This document shows positions 18,864-29,429 of a stretch of 64,000 nucleotides of DNA, piece after piece. The notes below the pieces were generated by a model that was given only the letters and a program-made list of their open reading frames with translations, ran no database searches and had not been told where the DNA came from. Every line of letters begins with the position of its first letter. The stretch's first letter is position 1. Source of the stretch: an uncultured delta proteobacterium (lineage in GTDB: Bacteria > Myxococcota > Myxococcia > Myxococcales > Myxococcaceae); the NCBI GenBank assembly GCA_963713045.1, contig CAVQKE010000005.1, positions 64,001 to 128,000 of the forward strand, written 5' to 3'. A program made the translations under genes and the position numbers.

Positions 18864-20270
18864 TTGCTGAAATTCCTTCAGAAAGCTTTTGCGACGTTTC
18901 GAGATTTCCTGTGGCTGGCAGCCCGTAACTGGCTCTCCCTGCTCGGAGTCATTCTCGCCACCGTCGCCGCCATCTCGTTTCTAGCCATCCTCGCACTTGA
19001 GATAAGCGGCGAGGCCCGCGGAAACTACATGGGCATCATCAGCTATCTCATCCTGCCTACCATCTTCGTGGTCGGCCTGGTGCTGATCCCGATTGGGCTA
19101 CGCCTGCAGCGCAAGAAAGACAAGCCAGGCCAGCCCACCGCGTTCCCGGTGCTCAACTTCAACGAGCCCCGGCTTCGCTCCATTGGCCTACTCGTCCTCG
19201 TGCTGACGGTCGTAAACCTAATGATCGTGTCGACGGCGACCTTTAAGGGCCTCGAGGTGATGCACAGCGACGCTTTTTGTGGCACCACCTGCCACAACGT
19301 GATGCAGCCGGAGGCGGTCGCCCACCTGACCACCACCCATGGAAACGTCAACTGCGTCGACTGCCACATCGGCGAGGGCGCGAGCCACTTCGTCAAGGCC
19401 AAGCTGCGAGGGTCGGCGCAGATGGTGGAGTTCATGTTTGGCGATTACCCTCGCCCGGTGCCCCAGCCGACCGCGGTTCCCAGCGCCATCTGCACCCAGT
19501 GCCACACCCCGGAGCGGTTCAGTGAAGGTCGGCTGCACGTGAGGCGCACCTACGGCAACGCGGAAAAGGTCGTCGAGAAGGACACCATCTTCCGGATGCT
19601 GGTGGGCGGCTTACGCAACGGGAAGTGGCAGGGCATCCACCAACACAACGGGATGCACATTCGGTACCTCTCTGACCCGAAGCGCGCAACCATCAGCGAC
19701 ATCGAGGTTACCCGCCCCGACGGCAGCACCGACAAATTCACCGCCAAGGACGTGAAGGCTCCCGCCGGCGCGCAGTGGTACGAGATGGGCTGCACCGACT
19801 GCCACAGCCGACCAGCGCATCGCTTCTCCACTCCCGAGTCCATCGTCAACAACGCGCTCGCCAGTGGGGCCATTAGCAAGGACCTCCCCTACATCGGGCG
19901 CGAGGCCGTCGCGGTACTCAAGACGAGCTACCCCTCGCAAGACGACGCGAAGAAGGCAATTCCGACCGCCCTGCTGGCTTCCTACGCGAAGCTGGCTCCC
20001 GACCTCGATGCGCAAGGGAAAGCGAAGGTCGAGGCAGCCGGGAAGCTGCTTGCCGTGGAATGGACGTACAACAACTTCCCTGACATGAAAGTTACCTGGG
20101 GCACCTACGTCGACTACCTCCAGCACGAGCCCGGCTGCTGGCGCTGCCACGACCAGAACCACCAGAACGCGAAGGGCGAGGTGGTGCAGCAGAAATGCTC
20201 CGGCGCGTGCCATGACATCATCGCCACCGACGAAGAGAAACCCGAGGCGATGGACGTGCTCTATCCGTAA
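18864..20270 (+). CDS. NapC/NirT-family membrane-anchored multiheme cytochrome c
   Basis: Three N-terminal TM helices; FCGTTCHNVM, CVDCHIG, CTQCH, CTDCH, CWRCH, CSGACH. Start codon uncertain. Confidence 0.88.
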   Translation: MLKFLQKAFATFRDFLWLAARNWLSLLGVILATVAAISFLAILALEISGEARGNYMGIISYLILPTIFVVGLVLIPIGLRLQRKKDKPGQPTAFPVLNFNEPRLRSIGLLVLVLTVVNLMIVSTATFKGLEVMHSDAFCGTTCHNVMQPEAVAHLTTTHGNVNCVDCHIGEGASHFVKAKLRGSAQMVEFMFGDYPRPVPQPTAVPSAICTQCHTPERFSEGRLHVRRTYGNAEKVVEKDTIFRMLVGGLRNGKWQGIHQHNGMHIRYLSDPKRATISDIEVTRPDGSTDKFTAKDVKAPAGAQWYEMGCTDCHSRPAHRFSTPESIVNNALASGAISKDLPYIGREAVAVLKTSYPSQDDAKKAIPTALLASYAKLAPDLDAQGKAKVEAAGKLLAVEWTYNNFPDMKVTWGTYVDYLQHEPGCWRCHDQNHQNAKGEVVQQKCSGACHDIIATDEEKPEAMDVLYP

Positions 20271-20418
20271 GTCGAGGCAGGCTGAGCCGCCGGAGGACAG
20301 ACGCACTGCTGGTGCCCGGGGCGCCACCTCTGGATAGAAGACGCGTCACTATCGACGACTGACTCGCAAGAAAACTCAGGAGGGCGCCGTCGAGCGCCCA
20401 CTCCGAGGCCACACTGGG

Positions 20419-20769
20419 CTACTTCTTGAAAGAGCGGATGAGCGCAATGAGTGAGTCGACTTGCTCGGGCGTAAGCTCGTCCTTGAAGGGCGTCATCTCC
20501 TGCTTCACGCCGCCCTTCTCCTTCTTGACGCCATTCAGAATGGCGTTCTTGAGCTCGTCGTCCTTCTTCGCCTGGAACGCGGCGGTGCTCATGTCGACAA
20601 TCTTCATCGCCTTGCCCGGCGTGGTGTCCGCCTGGCCAGACGCGCCGTGACAGGAGGAGCACTTGGCCTTCCACAGACGGTCGGTCTTTTTGTCTGTGTC
20701 GGCGAGTGCCGCGGCGTTGAGTAGAAGTGAAGCAGCTGCAATCGATGCCAACATGCCAAAATGTTTCAT
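20419..20769 (-). CDS. Monoheme class I cytochrome c
   Basis: Signal peptide MKHFGMLASIAAASLLLNAAALA; CSSCHG; distal Met in EMTPF. Confidence 0.9.
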   Translation of the reverse strand: MKHFGMLASIAAASLLLNAAALADTDKKTDRLWKAKCSSCHGASGQADTTPGKAMKIVDMSTAAFQAKKDDELKNAILNGVKKEKGGVKQEMTPFKDELTPEQVDSLIALIRSFKK

Positions 20770-21004
20770 GAATGGCCCTCGGGTTGAGGCGTAGCGCACG
20801 GACGCGCAAGTCGCAAGAAATACTGAGGAGCGCCTGACTGCGTCGGAGGGGTCCACGTTGTCGTCCATTCGCTGGGTGGAGGCGTGCTGGCGCAGTCTCT
20901 GGTGCGCATGTCCCTTGCAACAGGGGCCGTGCCTGACCTGGTCCGGCTGCGGGGCACCGCCAACTCTGGCGTCCACAGATGACCTCACCCGCGAACGAAT
21001 TGAG

Positions 21005-21267
21005 TTAGAGGTGCCTTAGCCGCACACTTTGCGCGAAGAGACTGCCGCCACGGACCCCTCGGACGTGAGGCACCTCCCCCAAGGGCCACAGCAGAGGGCA
21101 TCGGTCTTGCACGAGCGGGTAGCACCTGGCGCCGGAACCAATGGGCTCGGACCGTCGATTAGCTCCGTGCCGGACCAACCGGCCACTTTTTCTGGCTGCT
21201 TGAGCAACGCCCAGATGCGGTCCGCTGAAGCAGAGATAACGCTGGTGGGACAAGTCTGCATCGCCAT
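21005..21267 (-). pseudogene. SRPBCC-family fragment
   Basis: N-terminus ISASADRIWALLKQPEKVAGW is SRPBCC-like; the ORF degenerates after about 45 aa. Confidence 0.45.
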
Positions 21268-21324
21268 CAGAAAGCCCTCCCGGTTCGCTTCCAGCCGAAA
21301 CGCTGTCGGGGGTCGGCGGTCGAT

Positions 21325-22143
21325 CTAGTCGTCGTAGTAACGTCCGTTCACCTCCTCACCCACGATGGCAAAGTCGCACTTCGAGCTGGTGAGCGGATCG
21401 GACTTCCACGAAAAGCCGATCGAGGGCACCTCAACTTCCGCCTCGAGTTGGCAGGATGCCCGTGTGCCCGTAAACCGGAAATGCTTGGAGGCATCCTCGT
21501 ACTTCGCTGGCTGCCCGTTTGATCTCCACACCACCTTGAAACTCATCCGAGCCGGAGTGGCTATGGAGTCCGGCGCAGGCCAGCGTGGTTGATCGACGAT
21601 GGCGACGTTCCGCATCTCGAGGGTAAAGATGTTCCCGTCGTCACTAACGCTTAGGCCATGCTCGGGGACCGGAACAACCCAATACAGGCCAGACGGCGAA
21701 ATGGGTGGGTGAAAGTCGTGTACCTGGTTAGCGGGGACAGCCTGTCCCCGAAATAGGGTGAGTCAGATATGCGTCAAAATGCCCTGCTGCGCGGTTCGGG
21801 CCGCCCAGTACTCGCCACGCATCACGCCATAGTCGGTGGTCGGGGTGCCAAAAGCGATGCGATTCCCCCTATTGTCGGTCCCCATTCCCGTGAAGGTACT
21901 GCATCGGGCCACTTGCCCCTTGAAATGAAAGATGTGTGAAGGTTCAAGGTTGGGACCCGCAGGCTGATTGTGGCTACCATTCTTATCGAGCCACGGAATT
22001 GGAAAGGGCTCCGTCCCGCCGTTCGCGGCTGTGGGCAGCGGAACTTCCGACGCTCCCATCGCGGAGGGAATCGCCAGCGGGAGAAGAGAGAGGGCACCCG
22101 CTTGCAGCATCTCTCTGCGACTGCATCCTTTCATAGTTGGCAT
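21325..22143 (-). CDS. Tat-like exported protein with in-frame TGA at codon 127 (candidate selenoprotein or readthrough), 272 aa
   Basis: GGAGG RBS and ATG 22143; SRREMLQ Tat-like motif. TGA at 21763-21765 is followed by 145 sense codons in the same frame (LTLFRGQAVPANQVHDFHPPISPSGLYW...YYDD). A hairpin starts 12 nt after the TGA. Confidence 0.65.
21732..21750 (-). promoter_or_regulatory. SECIS-like hairpin
   Basis: mRNA CGGGGACA-GGC-UGUCCCCG, 12 nt 3' of the in-frame UGA; G-starting apical loop about 20 nt from the UGA. Confidence 0.55.
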
Positions 22144-22311
22144 AACCACGACCCTCCAGAAGAAGACTATCATTCATGTTGACGAGTAGCAGCGTCGCAG
22201 CGCGATCGGCTCCTCCTAGCAGAAGGATACACGCTGATCTACGAGCAAGCTCATCATCGCAGCTGACCATACACAAACCAACGGATGATCCGGAGTGGAA
22301 GGAGCTCTGTC

Positions 22312-22545
22312 ATGAAATGTTGGCCGTTTGTCGCACTACTCATTGGGCCGGGCTTCGCAGCGGATAAGGGACGCGCCAATCAGGCGAAAACTGGTTCCAG
22401 GCCGGTGACTCCGATCGTGCTCGAGGCCGTCGGGAAAAACGAAGGGATCACCACTATCCCGAGCACCCATTCGGTCGACCAGACTGTGGTCAAGCTCCAG
22501 TCGATTCTGAAATCTAAGGGCGTCGCCTGGTGGCTTCCCGCGTAA
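22312..22545 (+). pseudogene. Truncated DUF302-family protein
   Basis: Signal-like N-terminus, then ITTIPSTHSVDQTVVKLQSILKSKGV, ending abruptly. Confidence 0.55.
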
Positions 22546-22946
22546 TGCACTCAGGTCCCGATAAGAGCGCTCGTCGAATCTTGGCCTTCACGATTTCATC
22601 CGAAATCACGTGTTCCGCGTTCCAATTGACGAAATTGTCCCTCATCCTTGGCGCTGGGGAGATTGGACTCCGGGATTAAAGCGCCTGAGTCCTTGCGAGT
22701 GCGGAGGCGAAACGTCGCGTTCGTCCAGTGCGGTTGCACGACTGCGACATTACACAAGGGTGTCTACTCAGCGTCCTTGGCGTGCCCCACGCTGAGGTGT
22801 TGAAAGGATTCTTCGATACGGCGCCCCCAAAGCTCACGCCAATAGGATGGCTTCGAGCTCTTGCGGCAGAGGGACGACTACAGATTCAATCCAAACTCCG
22901 CCTTTGCAAGGACAGCGCCTAGGCCGGACAGGACGCTCTACGGGAC

Positions 22947-23690
22947 ATGCTCAAAGCGCTGCTGACAGACATTCACGGAAACCTCGAGGCGCTGTCGGCC
23001 TGCCTCGACCATGCACGCCGCCTGGGGGCAGAGCGGCATGCCTTCCTCGGGGACCTTGTGGGCTACGGGGCTGACCCAGGCCCCGTGGTAGATGTCGTCA
23101 GGGCGTTGGTCGCTCATGGTGCGACCGCGGTGCTCGGCAACCATGACCAAGCCGTCGCCCAAGAATTGCGCCCATCCATGAATGCAGACGCAAGAAAAGT
23201 CGTCGAGTGGACGCGTGCGCAGCTAGACGCCGGGCAGCTCGCGTTTCTTGGGGGCTTGCCGCTGGTCGAAGAGGAGAACAGCCACCTGTACGTCCACGCC
23301 AATGCTTGGGACCCGGGCGGGTGGGAGTACATCCATGGCCGATACGATGCTGGCCGGAGTCTCAGAGCAACGCGCTGCCACATTACCTTCTGCGGGCACG
23401 TGCACGAGCCAATGCTGTACCAGATGACGCAGGCTGGGCACGTGACCGACTTCCGACCGGTGCCAGGTATGGGAATCCCTCTCGCACGCCGTCGTCGCTG
23501 GCTCGCCCTTCCCGGTTCTGTTGGGCAGCCGCGCGATGGGATCCCTGCGGCCTCTTATGCCGTGTTCGAGAGCCAAACTGCGGTCCTGACCTTCTTTCGT
23601 GTCCCGTTTGATACGGAAGGCGCCGCGCGCAAAATCCGCCAGGCCGGGCTTCCAGAGGGTCTTGGACTTCGTCTTGAGGTTGGGACTTGA
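22947..23690 (+). CDS. Metallophosphoesterase family protein
   Basis: [31 protein letters not shown]. Confidence 0.93.
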   Translation: MLKALLTDIHGNLEALSACLDHARRLGAERHAFLGDLVGYGADPGPVVDVVRALVAHGATAVLGNHDQAVAQELRPSMNADARKVVEWTRAQLDAGQLAFLGGLPLVEEENSHLYVHANAWDPGGWEYIHGRYDAGRSLRATRCHITFCGHVHEPMLYQMTQAGHVTDFRPVPGMGIPLARRRRWLALPGSVGQPRDGIPAASYAVFESQTAVLTFFRVPFDTEGAARKIRQAGLPEGLGLRLEVGT

Positions 23691-23694
23691 GCGA

Positions 23695-25116
23695 ATGGTC
23701 GCATCCAACCTCCAGCCGGGAATGCTCGTGGACGGCTTCCGGCTGGACGAGCGGATTCATCAGGGCAGCATGGCGACCATTTGGCGCGTTGCGCGGCCAG
23801 AGAGTAGCCAGCCTTTGGTGATGAAAATACCGCTCGTTAGTGCAGAAGACGACCCTGCGGCCATCGTTGGCTTCGAAGTCGAGCAGATGATTCTGCCGAT
23901 CCTCTCGGGCCCGCACGTCCCGCGTTTTGTCGCCAGCAGCGATTTTTCGGAGCAGCCGTACATCGTTATGGAGTTCCTTCCCGGTCACTCACTCAGGGAC
24001 CGTCTGGGAGACGCTCCGCTGCGAGCTGAGGAGGTAGCAGCGATCGGGACGCAAGTGGCCCTGGCGCTGCATGACCTCCACGGTCAGCAGGTTATCCACT
24101 TCGACTTGAAGCCGAGCAACGTCATGTTCCGCGAAAGCGGGGATGCGGTGCTGGTCGACTTCGGTCTCGCCAGGCATGACAGATTGCCCGACCTGCTGGC
24201 GGAGCAGTTCCGGGTCCCAATGGGAACTGGTCCCTACATTTCTCCTGAACAAGTGCGGGGCGTTCGCAATGATCCACGCTCTGACCTCTTCGCGCTTGGA
24301 GTGGTCCTCTACCATCTCGCAACCGCGACTCGTCCGTTCGGTGCTCCGACTACGATTCGCGGATTGCGACGACGCCTTTATCGCGATCCGGTCCCTCCTT
24401 GCGCAAGTTGTCCGAGTTGTCCCCCCTGGTTGCAGGAAATCATTCTGCGCTGCCTGGAAGTGGATCCTCGGCAACGCTATGAAACCGCGGCTCAGCTCGC
24501 TTTCGATCTACAAAACCCGGAACAAATGCGGCTTACAGAGCGAGCCCAGCGGCTAGCTCGGGACGGAGCGTTCACCGTCGCACGACGGTGGTTCCGGACC
24601 CTGGGCGCCGAGCCCGATTCACGGCAGTCGGCGTCCAAGCAGCTGTCAAACGCGCCCATCGTTGTGGTCGCTGTGGATCTGACACAAGCGTCGGACGCTC
24701 TGGCCGCGGCGCTCCTCTTGACGGCCCGAAGCGTGCTCGAGGCACAACCTGGGGCCCGGCTGGCTTGCATCACGGTTCTGAGGACCTCACGCATCTCTTT
24801 GGACTTCAACGTTGACGACGAGGGGCGCAACCTTCGGGTGATGCGACTGGTCGAGCTGAAGCACTGGGCCCGGCCACTGGGCATGTCGGAAGGCAAGATT
24901 ACTCACCACGTCCTGGAAGGTCCCGATCCGGCGGGGACGATTGTCGAGTTTGCGAAGTCCAACCGCGTCGACCACATTGTTATCGGCGCACGGGGTAGCT
25001 CGGCGCTTCGGCGCTACCTCGGGAGCGTCTCCTCTCAGGTGGTGGCTGAGGCCCCTTGCAACGTGACGGTGGTCAGGACGCGGGAGCGGGCTCTGGGAGA
25101 TGATGGGGGTGGGTAG
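23695..25116 (+). CDS. Bifunctional Ser/Thr protein kinase / universal stress protein
   Basis: [29 protein letters not shown]-terminal USP (VVAVD...IVIGARG...[20 protein letters not shown]). Confidence 0.92.
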   Translation: MVASNLQPGMLVDGFRLDERIHQGSMATIWRVARPESSQPLVMKIPLVSAEDDPAAIVGFEVEQMILPILSGPHVPRFVASSDFSEQPYIVMEFLPGHSLRDRLGDAPLRAEEVAAIGTQVALALHDLHGQQVIHFDLKPSNVMFRESGDAVLVDFGLARHDRLPDLLAEQFRVPMGTGPYISPEQVRGVRNDPRSDLFALGVVLYHLATATRPFGAPTTIRGLRRRLYRDPVPPCASCPSCPPWLQEIILRCLEVDPRQRYETAAQLAFDLQNPEQMRLTERAQRLARDGAFTVARRWFRTLGAEPDSRQSASKQLSNAPIVVVAVDLTQASDALAAALLLTARSVLEAQPGARLACITVLRTSRISLDFNVDDEGRNLRVMRLVELKHWARPLGMSEGKITHHVLEGPDPAGTIVEFAKSNRVDHIVIGARGSSALRRYLGSVSSQVVAEAPCNVTVVRTRERALGDDGGG

Positions 25117-25232
25117 GCCAAAACGCGCAAAAAGGTCGTTGTCTATGAGGAACCCGAGGTGCAGAGTGGTCGACTCGTGACGCGAAGGTGCCAAGTTCTG
25201 AGGCTTCTTGCTGGCACGGCGCAACCCCCTCC

Positions 25233-27119
25233 TCAGGCCGGAGAGTCCTCAGGGAAGGTGACTTGTAAAGCGTAGATGCCGGCTTCGGGCAGCGGAATTT
25301 CGGAGAGGCCGACGCGGCGAAGTACGCCAATCATTCCGTGGTTACTCGCCAAGACATCGGCCCGGAGCCCCTTCATCCCGTTGCGCTTTCCAACGTCTAC
25401 CAGGCGGCGCACCAATGCAGTACCAACCCCGCGCTTCTGCCACCCTTCAGCGACGACAATCCCGAGTTCTCCCATCCGGCTCGTCTGGTCCAGGTCGTAG
25501 CGTGCGACGCCGAGTAGGCTGGAATCCTCGAGGCGCTCAGCCACCAGCGCGCAGCTGCTACGTGGGTCGGTATCGAGCACCGCCAAGACTTCGGACCGAG
25601 GATGGATTTGGCGCGCTGTGAAGTAGCGCTGGTAGACGCTCTCTGGTGAGAGGGCGTAGAGCAGCGCATGCACTTTGCTTTCGTCCGTCACCCGGGCGGC
25701 ACGCACCCGGACGTGCGCGCCGTCAGCAAGCACCTCATCCCAGTGGCGCCTCTCGAAAGGGACCTTCGGTACAGGCTGGTCTGGAAGCACCCAATGCCGT
25801 CCCTTCGCGGCGTTAAGGAGCTCCTCACGATGGTCCGGGTGCGCGATGGCGACCAACGCTAGAGCGCGCTCCCGCACGGATTTCCCCCATAGGTCGGCCA
25901 CACCGTACTCGGTGACGATGTAGCGCACGTCACCCCGGCTCGTGACCACGGCCGCCCCTTCGGGGAACACGGCCTGGATACGGCTCACTGTCCCGTCGCG
26001 CGCCAGCGAGGGGAAGACGATGAACGAGCGGCCGCCCTTACTGCGGGCCGCCCCCCGGACAAAGTCTACCTGTCCGCCGATGCCGGAATAGAAGCCACTC
26101 TCCAGGGTATCCGCGGACACTTGGCCGGTCAGGTCCACCGATAGCGCGGTGTTGATGCTGACCATCCGGTCGTTCCGCGCGATGACTTGCGGATCATTCA
26201 CCCAGTCACTCGGGCCCATATGCAGCTGCTCGTTCTCGTCCGCCCAGGCGTAGAGCGCGTCACTGCCCATGAGGAACGAGGCCACCAGCTTTCCAGGCAT
26301 CAGCGACTTGCGTCGCCCGGTGACGGCTCCCGCGCGCACCAAGTCGAGAATTCCGTCGGACAGCATCTCGGTGTGGACACCGAGGTCTCGGTGGCCGCGC
26401 AGGGCCGCGAGGATGGCAGATGGGGCGCGGCCGATGCCAACTTGAAGAGTGGCGCCGTCCGGCACGAGGTCCGCCACTGTCTCTCCAATCGCGCGGGAGA
26501 CGTCATCTGGCTCGGGCGGTAGCCGCTCAAGGAGTGGAGCGTCGACGGGCACCAGCGCGGCGCAACGGCGGAGGTCAATGCGGGTGTCACCCCTGGTTCG
26601 CGGCATGCGAGGGTTTACTTCGGCGATGACAATTCGGGCGGAGTCCACCGCGGCCCGCACCACGTCCACGCTCACACCAAGGCTGCTGTAGCCCTCCGCA
26701 TCCGGCAGGCTTACCTGGACGAGCGCCGCGTCCACCGGAGCCCGTCCGCTGCGGAGCAAGTCGGGAATTTCGGAGAGGAACACGGGCGTGAAGTCTGCCC
26801 GGCCCTCCCGCACCGCGGTGCGGGTATTTGCGCCGATGAAGAAGGCGTTGTGGCGAAAGCGGCCTGCACACTCGGCTACGGCGTACGGCGCAGGCCCGAG
26901 GGTGAGGATGTGCACCACTTCGTTGTCGGCGAGCTGGGTGCCACAGCGCACCATCGCATCCACGAGACGCACCGGCTGCGCTGCGCCCGAACCGATGAAA
27001 ATCCTGTGTCCTGGCCGCAGCAGCCGAATCGCCTCTTCGACGGTAGCAATGCGGTCTGCAAAGCGCTGCCGCCAGCCCAAGCCGAGTCCGGCAACGCTCG
27101 CTTCGTGGTTCACTGTCAT
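25233..27119 (-). CDS. Acetyl-CoA hydrolase/transferase fused to a C-terminal GNAT acetyltransferase
   Basis: DGATLQVGIG, LGVHTEM, SGIGGQVDFVRGA, VTEYGVADL; GNAT motif WQKRGVGT and DVLASN. Confidence 0.92.
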   Translation of the reverse strand: MTVNHEASVAGLGLGWRQRFADRIATVEEAIRLLRPGHRIFIGSGAAQPVRLVDAMVRCGTQLADNEVVHILTLGPAPYAVAECAGRFRHNAFFIGANTRTAVREGRADFTPVFLSEIPDLLRSGRAPVDAALVQVSLPDAEGYSSLGVSVDVVRAAVDSARIVIAEVNPRMPRTRGDTRIDLRRCAALVPVDAPLLERLPPEPDDVSRAIGETVADLVPDGATLQVGIGRAPSAILAALRGHRDLGVHTEMLSDGILDLVRAGAVTGRRKSLMPGKLVASFLMGSDALYAWADENEQLHMGPSDWVNDPQVIARNDRMVSINTALSVDLTGQVSADTLESGFYSGIGGQVDFVRGAARSKGGRSFIVFPSLARDGTVSRIQAVFPEGAAVVTSRGDVRYIVTEYGVADLWGKSVRERALALVAIAHPDHREELLNAAKGRHWVLPDQPVPKVPFERRHWDEVLADGAHVRVRAARVTDESKVHALLYALSPESVYQRYFTARQIHPRSEVLAVLDTDPRSSCALVAERLEDSSLLGVARYDLDQTSRMGELGIVVAEGWQKRGVGTALVRRLVDVGKRNGMKGLRADVLASNHGMIGVLRRVGLSEIPLPEAGIYALQVTFPEDSPA

Positions 27120-27737
27120 GAAAGCCAGTCCCTAACCGAGTCGACCTCTCGTGCGCAGCCACAAGTCTTGTGCGGGCGTCTTCCTCTGCACAATCGAAAA
27201 CGCCAAGGGTGGCCCTGACATCGCGAATGCTAGACTCCTACTCGTCCCCTTTTCGCCACAATGTCGTGGCCGATGACCGGTCATCCGCCGGCTCGTCATG
27301 CGCTGAACTTCGCTGTTCTGCGAGCAGAAACGCTTCGTTGCACCTCACGCAGATGCATGCCAGCCAAGTCCCGAGAATCTCAGGCGAGGCCGCGATGCTC
27401 GGCTGGGCGGCGTTGCTGAGGAGCGTGGAGAGAGGTTACTTGTCGAAAAGGCGGCCTCCTGCATGCGAAAGGGGAGATTGGCTCACAGCCATGTCATAGG
27501 TGATGCACTCGCTGAGCTACTGCCCGAGCTATCCAAAGGGGTCGACGTCGACTCTTGTGCTTGCGGGTACCACCGGCGGGCCGGTGCTCGTACCGACTTA
27601 GGGGCTAGCACGGTTAATGCGCAAGCCTTCCACTCTCAAAGAGTGCAATTTAGCGTTGGCGGTGGGGCCGGCGATGGCTCCAGCGCGGTTGTACGTACCT
27701 CTTAGGTGAACCGACCAGCGTTGGGGAGGAGATTGCG

Positions 27738-29429
27738 ATGAGCGCCGGCCCGAAGGAGATGACTCCAGTTTACAAGTCGACCATCGCCAAGGGTACTGGC
27801 GCACGCCGCTGGCAAACCGCTGCCTACGTGGACCTCCTGCCACCCTGTAACCACGCCTGTCCGGCAGGGGAAAACATTCAAGCGTGGCTGGCCTTCGCGC
27901 AGGCAGGCCGCCACGAGGAAGCGTGGCGCAAGTACATGGAGGAAAACCCCCTCCCGGGAACGCATGGGCGTGCCTGTTACCACCCGTGCGAAGACGCCTG
28001 TAACCGTCAGTTCCTCGACGCGCCGGTGGCCATCCATTCACTTGACCGGTTCCTTGGCGACTTAGCCCTCAAGCACGGGTGGACGATGCCGGTGGGGACT
28101 CCCAGCGGGAAGCGTGTGCTGGTGGTAGGCGCCGGGCCAGCTGGACTCTCTTGCGCCTACCATTTGCGACGCCTGGGCCACGACGTCGAGATTCGCGACG
28201 CCAACCCCAAGCCGGGCGGGATGATGCACTATGGAATTCCGGCTTACCGGTTGCCGCGTCCGGGGCTGGAGCAAGAAATTGCCCGCATCGAAGCCATGGG
28301 GGTGACGTTTGTCTCCAACTACCGCGTGACGGATGTGCTGGCGGACCGGGCAGCGGGCGGCTTCGACGCCGTCTTCTTGGCATTAGGCGCGCAGGTTGCC
28401 AACCACCTCGAGATTCCGTCCATGGACGGCGGGAAGATGATTGACGCCATCACGCTCCTGGAGAAGGTCGAGAAGGGGCGTGCTCCGAAACTGGGCCGTG
28501 TAGTGGGAATTGTCGGCGGAGGAAACACCGCGATGGACGCGGCCCGCATCGCAAAGCGACTTGGCGCTGAAGAGGCAGTACTCGTTTTTCGTTTTGATCA
28601 GAACCACATGGAAGCCCACCCGTATGAGGCGATGGAGGCCTTTGCCGAGGGCGTGAAAATTAAGTGGCTGTCGACGGTGAAGCAATTCGGCGAGGACGAG
28701 CTGCTGGTGGAGAAAATGGAGATGCTTCCCGACGGGTCGGGCTGCGTTGGCACCGGCAAGCTGGAGCGACTCAAGGCCGACTCATTGGTACTAGCTGTAG
28801 GGCAACACTCGGATGTTGGGTTTCTGCAGACAATTCCGGGAGTGCGGATTGGCCAAGGAGCCCTCGTCGAGGTGGACCGCCGACTGCAGACTGGGCATCC
28901 GGGGCTATTTGCTGGCGGCGACATGATTGGCGGGGCGCGCACCATGACTGCGGCGGTGGGGCATGGCAAAAAGGCGGCGCGCAACATCGACGCTTGGCTT
29001 CGAGGCAACGTTTACGAGAGGCCGCCAGCGCATCCCATTGCTGGCTTCGAGCTGTTGAATCTTCCCCTGTACCTCGAGGCAGACCGTCGAGAGCAACGGG
29101 CGACCGAGATGGGACAGCGGCGAGGCTTCGAGGAAATTCTCTCCGGCCTCTCAGAGTCCGAGGCACGTTTCGAGGCCAGCCGGTGCCTCTCGTGCGGGAA
29201 CTGCTTCGAATGCGACAACTGCTACGCAGCGTGCCCCGAGCAAGCCATCGTCAAGCTGGGGAAAGGTCGGTTTTACCGCGTGGACGAGGCCCTCTGCACC
29301 GGGTGCGCCGTCTGCTACGAGCAATGTCCCTGCCACGCCATCGAGATGGTCCCCGAGCGCCGCGTTGACGCAAACGTTGGTTCTGTTGGTCAGGCCGCTC
29401 TCCCAGCAGCCTTCAAGGTGAGGCCATGA
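27738..29429 (+). CDS. GltD-like NAD(P)/FAD oxidoreductase with C-terminal 2x[4Fe-4S] domain
   Basis: CNHACP, GRACYHPCEDAC, GAGPAG, GGGNTAMD, CLSCGNCFECDNC, CTGCAVC. Confidence 0.9.
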   Translation: MSAGPKEMTPVYKSTIAKGTGARRWQTAAYVDLLPPCNHACPAGENIQAWLAFAQAGRHEEAWRKYMEENPLPGTHGRACYHPCEDACNRQFLDAPVAIHSLDRFLGDLALKHGWTMPVGTPSGKRVLVVGAGPAGLSCAYHLRRLGHDVEIRDANPKPGGMMHYGIPAYRLPRPGLEQEIARIEAMGVTFVSNYRVTDVLADRAAGGFDAVFLALGAQVANHLEIPSMDGGKMIDAITLLEKVEKGRAPKLGRVVGIVGGGNTAMDAARIAKRLGAEEAVLVFRFDQNHMEAHPYEAMEAFAEGVKIKWLSTVKQFGEDELLVEKMEMLPDGSGCVGTGKLERLKADSLVLAVGQHSDVGFLQTIPGVRIGQGALVEVDRRLQTGHPGLFAGGDMIGGARTMTAAVGHGKKAARNIDAWLRGNVYERPPAHPIAGFELLNLPLYLEADRREQRATEMGQRRGFEEILSGLSESEARFEASRCLSCGNCFECDNCYAACPEQAIVKLGKGRFYRVDEALCTGCAVCYEQCPCHAIEMVPERRVDANVGSVGQAALPAAFKVRP

